A DNA stretch of 26,610 nt from a virus (lineage: Duplodnaviria > Caudoviricetes): the IMG/VR virus record IMGVR_UViG_3300028428_000052, positions 1 to 26,610 of that record; one strand, 5' to 3'. The notes below the pieces were generated by a model. The model did not search any database and was not told the DNA's origin. It worked only from the letters and a program-made list of their open reading frames with translations. Shown piece after piece: positions 1 through 7,497 of this stretch. Within the stretch, counting starts at the first letter, position 1; each line of letters opens with the position of its first letter. The translations under genes were made by a program, and so were the position numbers.

Positions 1-243
1 AAAAAAATAGAGCATGTTTTTAAATTTCTCGAAAGCATGGGTCACTATCAGATCGCCAATCAAATCCGCGCGGGTCATGAGTTTTACGAATCGCGCATTG
101 AATTTGACAGGCGATTGGAAAAAATGGTGATCGAAAACGGTCGATTGAAAGCAGAGCTTGAAAACCTGCAACTTCAAATCGGCGCCATGAGGGCGGAAAG
201 GACTTCGCGTGGATCAATCGTTGCGCTTGTTAGAGGTAACTAA
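1..243 (+). CDS. Hypothetical protein, probably 5'-truncated by the window edge; coiled-coil-like
   Basis: Frame 1 is open from base 1 (KKIEHVFKFLESMGHY...) to TAA at 241-243. The C-terminal half is heptad-like (LEKMVIENGRLKAELENLQLQ). Confidence 0.55.
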   Translation, partial: KKIEHVFKFLESMGHYQIANQIRAGHEFYESRIEFDRRLEKMVIENGRLKAELENLQLQIGAMRAERTSRGSIVALVRGN

Positions 244-547
244 GGCCGTCATGCGCGAAACGCATCACCTTGACGACGAGGCGGCGACATATCACGAGTT
301 CCGCCATTCTGTTGAGGTTAGAAAAAAGCTGTACGAATTGATTTCAAGAATCCCGTTGTGCGAGCTGGTAAAGCTGGCCGAGGAGGTTCCGCAGCGGTAT
401 AAAGTACCGATTCATATGGAAATGTTTCGATACGCCAGCATTTTCGAGCGCGGGTTCAAGTGCCATCACGAATGGCGCAAATTCAAAGACAGCAGCACTG
501 AGGCGTGCGTTTGGTGTTTCAACGAACGGGACGGTTATGGAGAATAA
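209..547 (+). CDS. Hypothetical phage protein with a C-terminal Cys/His cluster (CHHEW...CVWC)
   Basis: GTG start preceded by AAGGA. It overlaps both neighbours in the same orientation. The Cys/His cluster may be a small zinc ribbon. Confidence 0.55.
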   Translation: MDQSLRLLEVTKAVMRETHHLDDEAATYHEFRHSVEVRKKLYELISRIPLCELVKLAEEVPQRYKVPIHMEMFRYASIFERGFKCHHEWRKFKDSSTEACVWCFNERDGYGE

Positions 548-746
548 AATGCGGATGATGATTGAGAACGCGGACTTCGCGAACATCGGGCGCGGAATGT
601 CGGTTCGAAATAAAGTCGCGTTGGCAATTCTTCAGGGTATGCTTCAGACGCGCATTGTGTTGGGCGACGCGGATTTTCAATTGGCGTTTAAGTGGGCGGA
701 CAAATTTTTAGCAGAATCAACAAGGGAGGTATTAGATGGAAAATGA
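537..746 (+). CDS. Small hypothetical phage protein
   Basis: The 'GMSVRNKVALAILQGML...AFKWADKFL' pattern resembles a common small phage early-protein family. It is tightly packed with its neighbours. Confidence 0.6.
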   Translation: MENKMRMMIENADFANIGRGMSVRNKVALAILQGMLQTRIVLGDADFQLAFKWADKFLAESTREVLDGK

Positions 747-831
747 AATTCAAACAATTGAGGAAAAACCGGAGGCTGTGGTTCCAGCGAGAAAAACCCA
801 GCCCCCACATGTCGAGGTGAACGACTTTTAA
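736..831 (+). CDS. 31-aa ORF MENEIQTIEEKPEAVVPARKTQPPHVEVNDF; possible stranded N-terminus of the RecT-like gene
   Basis: Strong SD (GGGAGG, 724-729) before ATG 736, ending at TAA 829-831. Too short for the supplied ORF track. Confidence 0.5.
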   Translation: MENEIQTIEEKPEAVVPARKTQPPHVEVNDF

Positions 832-834
832 AAG

Positions 835-1356
835 ATGATCGAAAAAATGAACACAATCAACGAATTAGATAAAAAATTACTTAGCAAAGCATTACTGATT
901 TATAAAAACGCACAAAAAACAAAATCAGGGTGTTTGGAAGCTAGTGGATGGCACAACGGGTCTGGATATAGAAAAGTTCAGTGTTTGAGAAAAAGAGCTT
1001 ATGTGCATCGTTTAATTTGCGAGCATTTCAATAAAATCAGCGTGAAAAATAAAGTAGTTATGCACACATGCGACAATCCAAAGTGTGTGAATCCAGATCA
1101 TTTGAAAGTCGGGACTCAGCTGGAAAACGTCAGAGATATGATTTCAAAAAACAGAAACTATAAAAAAGAGGTGAATTTATGCAAGAAGGGCCATCAGTTA
1201 TCGATACAAAATTACAAAGCGAGACCATCGGGAACCAAGAAATATTGTCGGATTTGCGTCAATCAGCAGAGAGCGGAAAAGAGGAGACTAAAAAATCCAA
1301 ACCTTCATCAATACAAACCAAAGAATACACAAAAGTTGACGAATCAGGAAAATTAA
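835..1356 (+). CDS. HNH homing endonuclease (HNH_3-like) with a C-terminal Cys/His DNA-binding domain
   Basis: Motif YVHRL...VVMHTCDNPKCVNPDHLKVGTQLENVRDM, plus C-terminal CKKGH...YCRIC. Visibly more AT-rich than the flanks. The start could be 835 or 847. Confidence 0.9.
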   Translation: MIEKMNTINELDKKLLSKALLIYKNAQKTKSGCLEASGWHNGSGYRKVQCLRKRAYVHRLICEHFNKISVKNKVVMHTCDNPKCVNPDHLKVGTQLENVRDMISKNRNYKKEVNLCKKGHQLSIQNYKARPSGTKKYCRICVNQQRAEKRRLKNPNLHQYKPKNTQKLTNQEN

Positions 1357-1994
1357 AACCTGAAAATTCAATGCAAATGTTCGCGTTCGCCGAGGCTATT
1401 TTAAAAGCAGGATTTGCGCCAAAAGGATATGATAGTGCTGCAAAAATCGTAGTCGGTATGCAATTCGCCAAAGAACTTGGATTAGAGGCTGTAAGTGGAT
1501 TGAGAAATATCGCAGTTATCAACGGAGTTCCTTCAATATTTGGCGAGCTTCCATTGAAGCTGGCGTATCAAACCCGTGAAATAAAATTCATCGACGAATA
1601 CGTTATCGACGCGGAGTATAACAAAATATGTTTAGCGAATAAAAATCTTAGCGCTAAACCGTGGGCTGGAGTTTGTGTTTTACAAAGAAACGAACTTCCA
1701 AAGGTTGAGGCAACTTTTACCATGGACGAAGCAGAACGGGCTGGATTGCTCGATAAGCGCGGGCCTTGGAATACCTATCCTAAAATCATGCTCATGCGTA
1801 GGGCGCGAAGCCAAGCGCTAAAAACCGCATTCCCAGACGCAATTGGCGGAGCGCCGATAGCTGAATACGATTTCAATTATATACCAACGTCAGATGAACC
1901 ACGGGACGTCACCCGTCAAGGGGTCGAGATTACGTCCGGAGCGGATAAATTGAATCAACTTTTGGATTCACCCGCCGATAAAGGGAACGCCTAA
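1179..1994 (+). CDS. RecT/Red-beta-like single-strand annealing recombinase
   Basis: Motifs ELGLEAVSGLRNIAVINGVPSIFG, FTMDEAERAGL and WNTYPKIMLMRRARSQALKTAFPDAIGG. ATG 1179 has SD GAGGTG at 1168-1173. The true start is uncertain (alternative ATG 1371). Confidence 0.8.
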   Translation: MQEGPSVIDTKLQSETIGNQEILSDLRQSAESGKEETKKSKPSSIQTKEYTKVDESGKLKPENSMQMFAFAEAILKAGFAPKGYDSAAKIVVGMQFAKELGLEAVSGLRNIAVINGVPSIFGELPLKLAYQTREIKFIDEYVIDAEYNKICLANKNLSAKPWAGVCVLQRNELPKVEATFTMDEAERAGLLDKRGPWNTYPKIMLMRRARSQALKTAFPDAIGGAPIAEYDFNYIPTSDEPRDVTRQGVEITSGADKLNQLLDSPADKGNA

Positions 1995-2033
1995 AGTCAC
2001 TTTCCCTAGCATCGTGGTTCCAACTGAAGGCAG

Positions 2034-2072
2034 ACCCCGCGTTTCGACGTTACTCTCGGCGCGGGGTTTTTT
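2034..2072 (+). terminator. Rho-independent terminator after the recombination genes
   Basis: Stem ACCCCGCG (2034-2041) / CGCGGGGT (2060-2067), followed by a T run. Confidence 0.75.
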
Positions 2073-2158
2073 ATTTCTGCAGCTCATTTCCTAGACTCAA
2101 TGCATCAAATGAATTGCCTTTATCCTATCAATTGTGGTCAGTTCTTATTGAGGTAGCG

Positions 2159-2785
2159 ATGCTTGAAAATCAAATTGATCTGACAAAATTCAAATGTGCG
2201 TACAAAAAAATAGTCCCAATTTTTGAACTGGTGCCAAATCCACGAAATCCGAATGATCATCCTGAAGTTCAAATCGATTTTCTGGCCAAGGTGATCGCCT
2301 ACCAGGGACAGCGTTCACCCATCGTCGTCTCAAATAGATCAGGCTTCATCACTAAGGGTCATGGTCGATTGATGGCCCTCCAGAAGCTGAAATGGACCCA
2401 TGCGGCTGTCGATTTTCAGGACTACGAATCCGAGGCTCAAGAATTTGCTGACGTGATTGCTGACAATAAAATTGCAGAGCTTGCAGAAATGGATGACAAC
2501 AAGATCAATGAAATTGCCTTCGAATTTAAGGACGAAATCATTGATTTTGACGTATTAGGTATTCCAGATTTCAAAGTCGAGCCGCTTGAAGTCGAAATGC
2601 CTTCGCTAGCAACTTCAGACCCTGGAATTCAGACAGTCACTTTCGTCTTATCCAATGAGCAAAAGGACATACTCGACGAGGCAATAGCAAAATCAAAGAA
2701 AAACGAGCACTGCGAAGACGAATTGAACAAAAATTCCAACGGAAATGCGCTCGCAGCAATTCTGAAACGGTATCTATATGGTTAA
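2159..2785 (+). CDS. ParB/sulfiredoxin-like N-terminal domain protein
   Basis: Motif LVPNPRNPNDHP...GQRSPIVV...ITKGHGRLMALQKL...IADNKIAE. ATG 2159 follows GAGGT and is preferred over the TTG at 2114. Confidence 0.85.
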   Translation: MLENQIDLTKFKCAYKKIVPIFELVPNPRNPNDHPEVQIDFLAKVIAYQGQRSPIVVSNRSGFITKGHGRLMALQKLKWTHAAVDFQDYESEAQEFADVIADNKIAELAEMDDNKINEIAFEFKDEIIDFDVLGIPDFKVEPLEVEMPSLATSDPGIQTVTFVLSNEQKDILDEAIAKSKKNEHCEDELNKNSNGNALAAILKRYLYG

Positions 2786-3533
2786 AAACATTCTTATCAA
2801 ATCAATCGATGGTGCATCGGCCAGAAAAATTGTCGAAAGATTCCATTATTCTGGAAAGTCGACTCAAAACTCACAAATTCATTTTGGAGTTTTCTGGGAA
2901 GGAACTTTACAGGGCGTCTTGCAGTTCGGACCGTCGATAGACAAACGGCGGATGGGTGAAAATCTTGGGATAGACATGAATCATTTTCTTGAGTTGAATC
3001 GAATGGCGTTTTCTGATGTGCTTCCAAAAAACTCCGAGAGTCGCGCAATTTCTGTTTGTTTAAGAATATTGAAGAAAACATATCCACATTTAAGATGTAT
3101 TATTTCATTTGCGGACGCCTGCCAGTGCGGTGATGGAACTATTTACCGCGCAAGTGGTTTTAAACTGCACTCATTCAAGAAAAATAACTCGCTTCTTGAT
3201 GCTGGAAACGGTGAAGTGGCATTCAATCACGGGACAAAAAAACGAAAAGTGGTGGCTAAAAAATCCCTAGATCACAAACTGACCCCAAATGGACAAAACT
3301 TATCGACAGTCCTGAAATTGAAGCCAATTGAAGGGTTTCAGATGAAGTATATTTACTTCTTCGACAAATCTCTGGAGGCAAGATTCAAATTCATTGACAA
3401 AATTCCAGATGAAGTGAGGATGTATAAAGGCCAAAAAATACGCGCATCTAGTGTTGAATCTGGCACGACCTCTTTCCAAGAGGTAGGGGGCGGTGAAAGT
3501 CCGACCGATGCGCTCCAATTAGGGCAGGGTTAA
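2778..3533 (+). CDS. mom: Mom-family (phage Mu Mom-like, GNAT-fold) DNA adenine modification enzyme
   Basis: Motifs HYSGK, FGVF...GVLQFG, LELNRMAFSDVLPKNSESRAIS, IISFADACQCGDGTIYRASGF and MKYIYFFD match Mom-family signatures. Overlaps the ParB-like stop. Confidence 0.8.
   Translation: MVKNILIKSIDGASARKIVERFHYSGKSTQNSQIHFGVFWEGTLQGVLQFGPSIDKRRMGENLGIDMNHFLELNRMAFSDVLPKNSESRAISVCLRILKKTYPHLRCIISFADACQCGDGTIYRASGFKLHSFKKNNSLLDAGNGEVAFNHGTKKRKVVAKKSLDHKLTPNGQNLSTVLKLKPIEGFQMKYIYFFDKSLEARFKFIDKIPDEVRMYKGQKIRASSVESGTTSFQEVGGGESPTDALQLGQG
3442..3517 (+). tRNA. tRNA-Gly(TCC)-like element with a non-canonical T-arm, embedded in the mom-like CDS
   Basis: Acceptor GCGCATC(3442-3448)/GATGCGC(3507-3513); T8A9; D-stem GTGT/GCAC; anticodon stem ACCTC/GAGGT with loop TTTCCAA (TCC at 3475-3477); variable loop AGGG; T-stem GGCGG/CCGACC with a bulged A and loop TGAAAGT; discriminator T3514; CCA at 3515-3517. 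Confidence 0.8.
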
Positions 3534-3534
3534 A

Positions 3535-3957
3535 ATGCCAGCTTTTGCCACAAAAACAGACAAAATAGAAATCGAAAAACTCAAGGCATTCATGCGGATG
3601 AAGCCTACGCTTGAAGATACGGCTGCTTGGTTTCAAGTCGCGCCGCGGACGATTGAGAGGTTTATTCGAGACAATTTTGATCTCACGTTTGTCGAGTTTA
3701 GGGCACAAAACATGGTTCACACTCGGCACGCGCTCATCAGAACGGCCCTTAGGAAAGCAATTGAAAAAGAAGATAACACCATGTTGATTTTCTGCCTGAA
3801 AAATATGTGCGGTTGGGCTGATAAGTTCGAACACGTTTCAGACATCAAGGCGAAGGTTTCAAATAAAAATCCGTTGGCGGAAATTATCAACGACGAATCT
3901 CTTTTAGAGGCAGCGCGAACCATCGCCCAAAAGATGGTGGACGATGAAGCCGAATGA
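3535..3957 (+). CDS. terS: Terminase small subunit (putative)
   Basis: N-terminal HTH-like segment (TLEDTAAWFQVAPRTIERF) and 'MLIFCLKNMCGWADK' motif. Lies immediately upstream of, and overlaps, terL. Confidence 0.75.
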   Translation: MPAFATKTDKIEIEKLKAFMRMKPTLEDTAAWFQVAPRTIERFIRDNFDLTFVEFRAQNMVHTRHALIRTALRKAIEKEDNTMLIFCLKNMCGWADKFEHVSDIKAKVSNKNPLAEIINDESLLEAARTIAQKMVDDEAE

Positions 3958-5302
3958 TTTTGATGGATTAGCCGATCTTTGGCGCGCGTTTCCTGATACT
4001 TACGCGCAAAAATGCAGCGGAAAAAAGTGGAAACCATACAGGCATTTGATGGTTCCATTGAAAATGATAACGTCAAAAATAGTGACTGGTGGTGGGCGGT
4101 TTATTCTTTCGATGCCACCAAGGCACGGCAAAACAGAAACATTTTCGAAATGGCTCCCGGCCTGGTACTTGGATAATTTTGGCGAAAAGAATGTCATTCT
4201 GACATCGTATGGAGCCGAGCTCGCGACTGGATTTGGTCGATGGGTTCGAAACCATTTTGATGCAAATGAATTTGCTGGCAGGAAGCTCACATCAGACAAT
4301 AAGGCTGCCAATAGGTTCATGCTTTCAAATGGCTCATCTATGGCCACTGCAGGTATTGGAGGGTCCATCACTGGAAAGGGCGGTCACTTGCTTATCTGCG
4401 ACGACCCAATTAAAAACTGGGAAGAGGCCAGCTCTGAAACATACAGAGAAAAAGTAAAGGATTGGTTTAACTCAACATTTTATACACGACAGGAGCCTGG
4501 AGCGACTATCATAGTGATCATGACCCGGTGGCATCACGATGATTTAGCCGGGTACCTAATGAATGATCACGGCGATGACTGGACTATGATTTCACTGCCA
4601 GCTATTTCAGAGGAGAATGATCTCCTGGGGCGATTGGAAAATGAGGCCCTATGTCCAGAACGCTATTCTCTAGATTCTTTGATAAACATCAGAAACGGAT
4701 TACCAGACCAGTATTGGCAGGCGCTTTATCAACAAAAACCAACAAAGGACGGCGGAGAAATTTTCAAGCGCGAGTGGTGGAATTACTACGATCAGGCTCC
4801 ATCTTGGATTCAGTGGAAGGTGCAGTTCTGGGACACGGCGCAAAAGCCAGGACTCACGAATGACTATTCTGTGTGCGCGACTTGGGGCAAGGCCGCCGAC
4901 GGGTTTTACTTACTCGACTTGTTCCGCGCCAAGATGGAAGCACCAGACCTAGAAAACGCCATTCAACAGCAATACAACAAGTGGAGACCGAACGAGGTTC
5001 AAATCGAGGATAAGTCTTCAGGCTCATCAATGATTCAGTACGCACGCCGGAAAACGACAATTCCCATTAAGGCCTACGACCCGCGCGCCAAGGACAAAAC
5101 ATTGCGCGCCATTGAGGCAACTCCGTTTGTGCGGTCTGGAAAATGCTTTTTGCCTCGACAAGCGTCGTGGTTATCTGATTTCATCCGAGAGCATGAGCAA
5201 TTCCCAGCGACCGCGCACGACGACCAAGTTGACACGACTTCCCAGATGGCAGACTATTTCAATAACTTCAATCAATACCAACCAAGGATCACAATTCTAT
5301 GA
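3944..5302 (+). CDS. terL: Terminase large subunit
   Basis: Walker A SMPPRHGKT, Walker B LLICDDP, coupling motif IMTRWHHDD, and RNase H-like nuclease residues WDTA...DYS...HDDQVD. Confidence 0.95.
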   Translation: MKPNDFDGLADLWRAFPDTYAQKCSGKKWKPYRHLMVPLKMITSKIVTGGGRFILSMPPRHGKTETFSKWLPAWYLDNFGEKNVILTSYGAELATGFGRWVRNHFDANEFAGRKLTSDNKAANRFMLSNGSSMATAGIGGSITGKGGHLLICDDPIKNWEEASSETYREKVKDWFNSTFYTRQEPGATIIVIMTRWHHDDLAGYLMNDHGDDWTMISLPAISEENDLLGRLENEALCPERYSLDSLINIRNGLPDQYWQALYQQKPTKDGGEIFKREWWNYYDQAPSWIQWKVQFWDTAQKPGLTNDYSVCATWGKAADGFYLLDLFRAKMEAPDLENAIQQQYNKWRPNEVQIEDKSSGSSMIQYARRKTTIPIKAYDPRAKDKTLRAIEATPFVRSGKCFLPRQASWLSDFIREHEQFPATAHDDQVDTTSQMADYFNNFNQYQPRITIL

Positions 5303-7494
5303 CGTTCTTTGATCGAATGAGGTTTCTGTTCGGCTCCAAAGCGAGCCAAGCCCGCATGGCGATGTCAGTTCAAAAGCTCGGGCAGCCTGTTACAACCGAA
5401 GCCAACTACGCAGGGTTTTCAAAAGAAGGCTATCAAAAGAACGTGGTCGTTTATCGATGCGTGAAATTGTTATCCACGGCGGCGGCGGGTATTCGTTGGG
5501 AAGTTTATCAACGCGGGCAAGAAGTGACGAACGGTCCGGTTTGGAATCTGTTACAATCACCGAATCCGCTTCAAGGCTGGTCGGCGTATTTTGAAAGCGT
5601 CGTCGCGTACTATTTAATTGCAGGAAATACATACATCGAAGGCGCGGGCCCAACTCCAAACGCTCCTCCCTCAGAGTTGTGGTCTGTGCGCCCCGACCTC
5701 ATGCGCGTGGTTCCGAACGCGGTGGGCACAGTCTCTCAGTACATGTTCAAAGACGGACAGAACGAACGCTTTTGGGCGGCAGACCCGATCACAGGCAAAA
5801 GCCGAATCAAACACATTAAAACATTTCACCCGTTGAGTATCTGGTACGGCATGAGCCCGATTGAGGCCATTATTTTAAACGTAGACCAGCTCAACAGCTC
5901 AAACAGATGGAATTTGTCCTTGCTTCAGAACATGGCTCAACCTTCTGGAGTTCTCAAGGTCGCATCGAGTGACTCAAATCCTGGCGGAATGCTGACGTCA
6001 GAACAGCGCACGTTTTTACAGCGTCAACTTGAAGAACGATACGCCGGACCGAAAAACGTCGCGCGCCCAATGCTGCTCGAAGGTGGCATGAGCTGGGAAC
6101 AAATCGCCTTGAACCCGAAAGAAATGGAATGGCTTGAAGGCAAAAAGGTTACGTCGACCGATATTTGCAACGCGTTCGGAGTTCCGTCTCAGTTGTTGGG
6201 ATTCGGTCAATCTACTTATCAAAACTACAAAGAGGCCAAAGACGCTATGTACGTGGACACGATCATGCCGATGATGGACATGTTTGAGTTCGAGCTCACG
6301 CGCTATTTGCGTCAGTGGTTCGGTGATACTATCGAAGTAAAATACGACCGCGACGACATCGAGGCACTCACGGACAAGCGCCAAGCCAAGTACGTCACGA
6401 TCAACGCTCTCAACTTCATCACGCAAAACGAAAAGCGTGAACTCGCTGGATATGAACCAGTTGAGGGGTGGGACGTTTTCATGATCGGAAATCAATTGCT
6501 TGACACTCCTGAAGAAAGTTCGTCTGATTTGGAAACGGATCAGACAAACAGCGATTCGGAGGAAGGAGACCAAGATGAAGAAACCAGCCAAGAAGACAAC
6601 GAAGAAGACTCCGAAGAAGAAGTAATCGGGGACGATGAGGAGGTAAAGGAGTGGAAAAACTTCAACCTCCTCAATCAACGCGAAAAGCGTCAATCATGGC
6701 GTCGAATGAACGCCCAACGCAAACGACTCGAAAGACCCTTTCAACGCTCACTAGAGCAAGATTTCGAAGAACTGGGGCGCGCTCTTGAAAAAGCCCTCAA
6801 AGATAAAGAACCCAGAACAGCCGAATATGCCCTACAAAAAGCCATCGACGCGGGCATGGTCGATATATCAAAAACAATCCAACGCTACATCAAGTTCTCA
6901 GTTGAGGATTTCGGTCGGCGAGTATTTCAGGAAGCTAAATCTCTCGGACTTAGAATTGAAACTAAAGCTAGCGAGCGTACTTGGGAACAATGGGCAGACC
7001 GCTACATTAAGACAAGAACCGGAAACGCCATCACAGACATTGAAGGCACCACCAGAAAACAAGTTCGAAAAGTAGTTCAAAGACTCACGGCGGAGGCAAT
7101 CCGCGACGAACGCGCCGATGGAACGGAAGAACCGGTCGATTTTGCGGGCGAATTGCGTGACGCTTTTGACTCATTGTCGAAGTCTCGCGCCATGATGATT
7201 GCGCGCACGGAAGTATCAATGGCATCAAACAACGCCACGGTCGAGGCTGCCAAGGCTCTTGAAATCCCAGGCTTGAAGAAGGAGTGGGTTTCCGTTCAAG
7301 ATGATCGCACGCGCGACGGCGGAAAAACCGGAAACGACGCAAATCATTTGGATATGAACGGCGTACAAGTCGACCTCGATCAGAAGTTCACAGTTCCACC
7401 GGACGCGGATATGGACGGCCCAGGCGACCCAGCTGGTGGAGCGGAGCAAGTGATCAACTGTCGATGCACGCTCGCATTCACGGCTTCGAGGTAA
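5299..7494 (+). CDS. HK97-family portal protein fused in frame to a MuF/SPP1 gp7-like minor head (head morphogenesis) domain
   Basis: Portal motifs (VVYRCVKLLS, GNTYIE, YGMSPIEA, NMAQPSGVL, ICNAFGVPSQLLG, ITQNEKRELAGYEP), then an acidic linker, then RAMMIARTE...KKEW...DDRTR...H...GPGDP...INCRC. Confidence 0.9.
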   Translation: MTFFDRMRFLFGSKASQARMAMSVQKLGQPVTTEANYAGFSKEGYQKNVVVYRCVKLLSTAAAGIRWEVYQRGQEVTNGPVWNLLQSPNPLQGWSAYFESVVAYYLIAGNTYIEGAGPTPNAPPSELWSVRPDLMRVVPNAVGTVSQYMFKDGQNERFWAADPITGKSRIKHIKTFHPLSIWYGMSPIEAIILNVDQLNSSNRWNLSLLQNMAQPSGVLKVASSDSNPGGMLTSEQRTFLQRQLEERYAGPKNVARPMLLEGGMSWEQIALNPKEMEWLEGKKVTSTDICNAFGVPSQLLGFGQSTYQNYKEAKDAMYVDTIMPMMDMFEFELTRYLRQWFGDTIEVKYDRDDIEALTDKRQAKYVTINALNFITQNEKRELAGYEPVEGWDVFMIGNQLLDTPEESSSDLETDQTNSDSEEGDQDEETSQEDNEEDSEEEVIGDDEEVKEWKNFNLLNQREKRQSWRRMNAQRKRLERPFQRSLEQDFEELGRALEKALKDKEPRTAEYALQKAIDAGMVDISKTIQRYIKFSVEDFGRRVFQEAKSLGLRIETKASERTWEQWADRYIKTRTGNAITDIEGTTRKQVRKVVQRLTAEAIRDERADGTEEPVDFAGELRDAFDSLSKSRAMMIARTEVSMASNNATVEAAKALEIPGLKKEWVSVQDDRTRDGGKTGNDANHLDMNGVQVDLDQKFTVPPDADMDGPGDPAGGAEQVINCRCTLAFTASR

Positions 7495-7497
7495 CGC

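Noticed and set aside
829-837. Stop-codon reassignment or read-through joining the 31-aa ORF to the HNH
   Set aside because: TAA, TAG and TGA all terminate conserved genes normally in this window, and the single in-frame TAA has no other support for read-through.
820-1340. Group I intron or T4 gene 60-type ribosomal bypass around the HNH gene
   Set aside because: The HNH ORF fills almost the whole interval, leaving no room for a ribozyme core. A ~500-nt hop is far longer than known bypasses, although a GAC codon occurs on both sides.
1982-2033. Second tRNA-like element suggested by GGTTCCAAC and an AGGGAA/TTCCCT hairpin
   Set aside because: No acceptor stem, T-arm or CCA could be built.
2080-2150. 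Sigma70 promoter for the late operon
   Set aside because: The TTGCCT and TAGACT hexamers have no acceptable -10 at 16-18 nt. A promoter is likely here but cannot be placed.
3442-3517. The tRNA-like element as an attP/att remnant
   Set aside because: Att cores usually copy only part of a canonical host tRNA. This element is full length with an atypical T-arm, and no integrase is in the window.
6016-6693. 225-aa minus-strand ORF and the other minus-strand ORFs in the track
   Set aside because: They are antisense shadows of well-supported plus-strand genes; the hydrophobic or Pro-rich stretches mirror acidic or Gly-rich codons.
6637-6790. Internal GAGGAGG...GTG start for a separate MuF protein
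   Set aside because: GTG 6651 is out of frame with the MuF domain and closes after ~45 codons.
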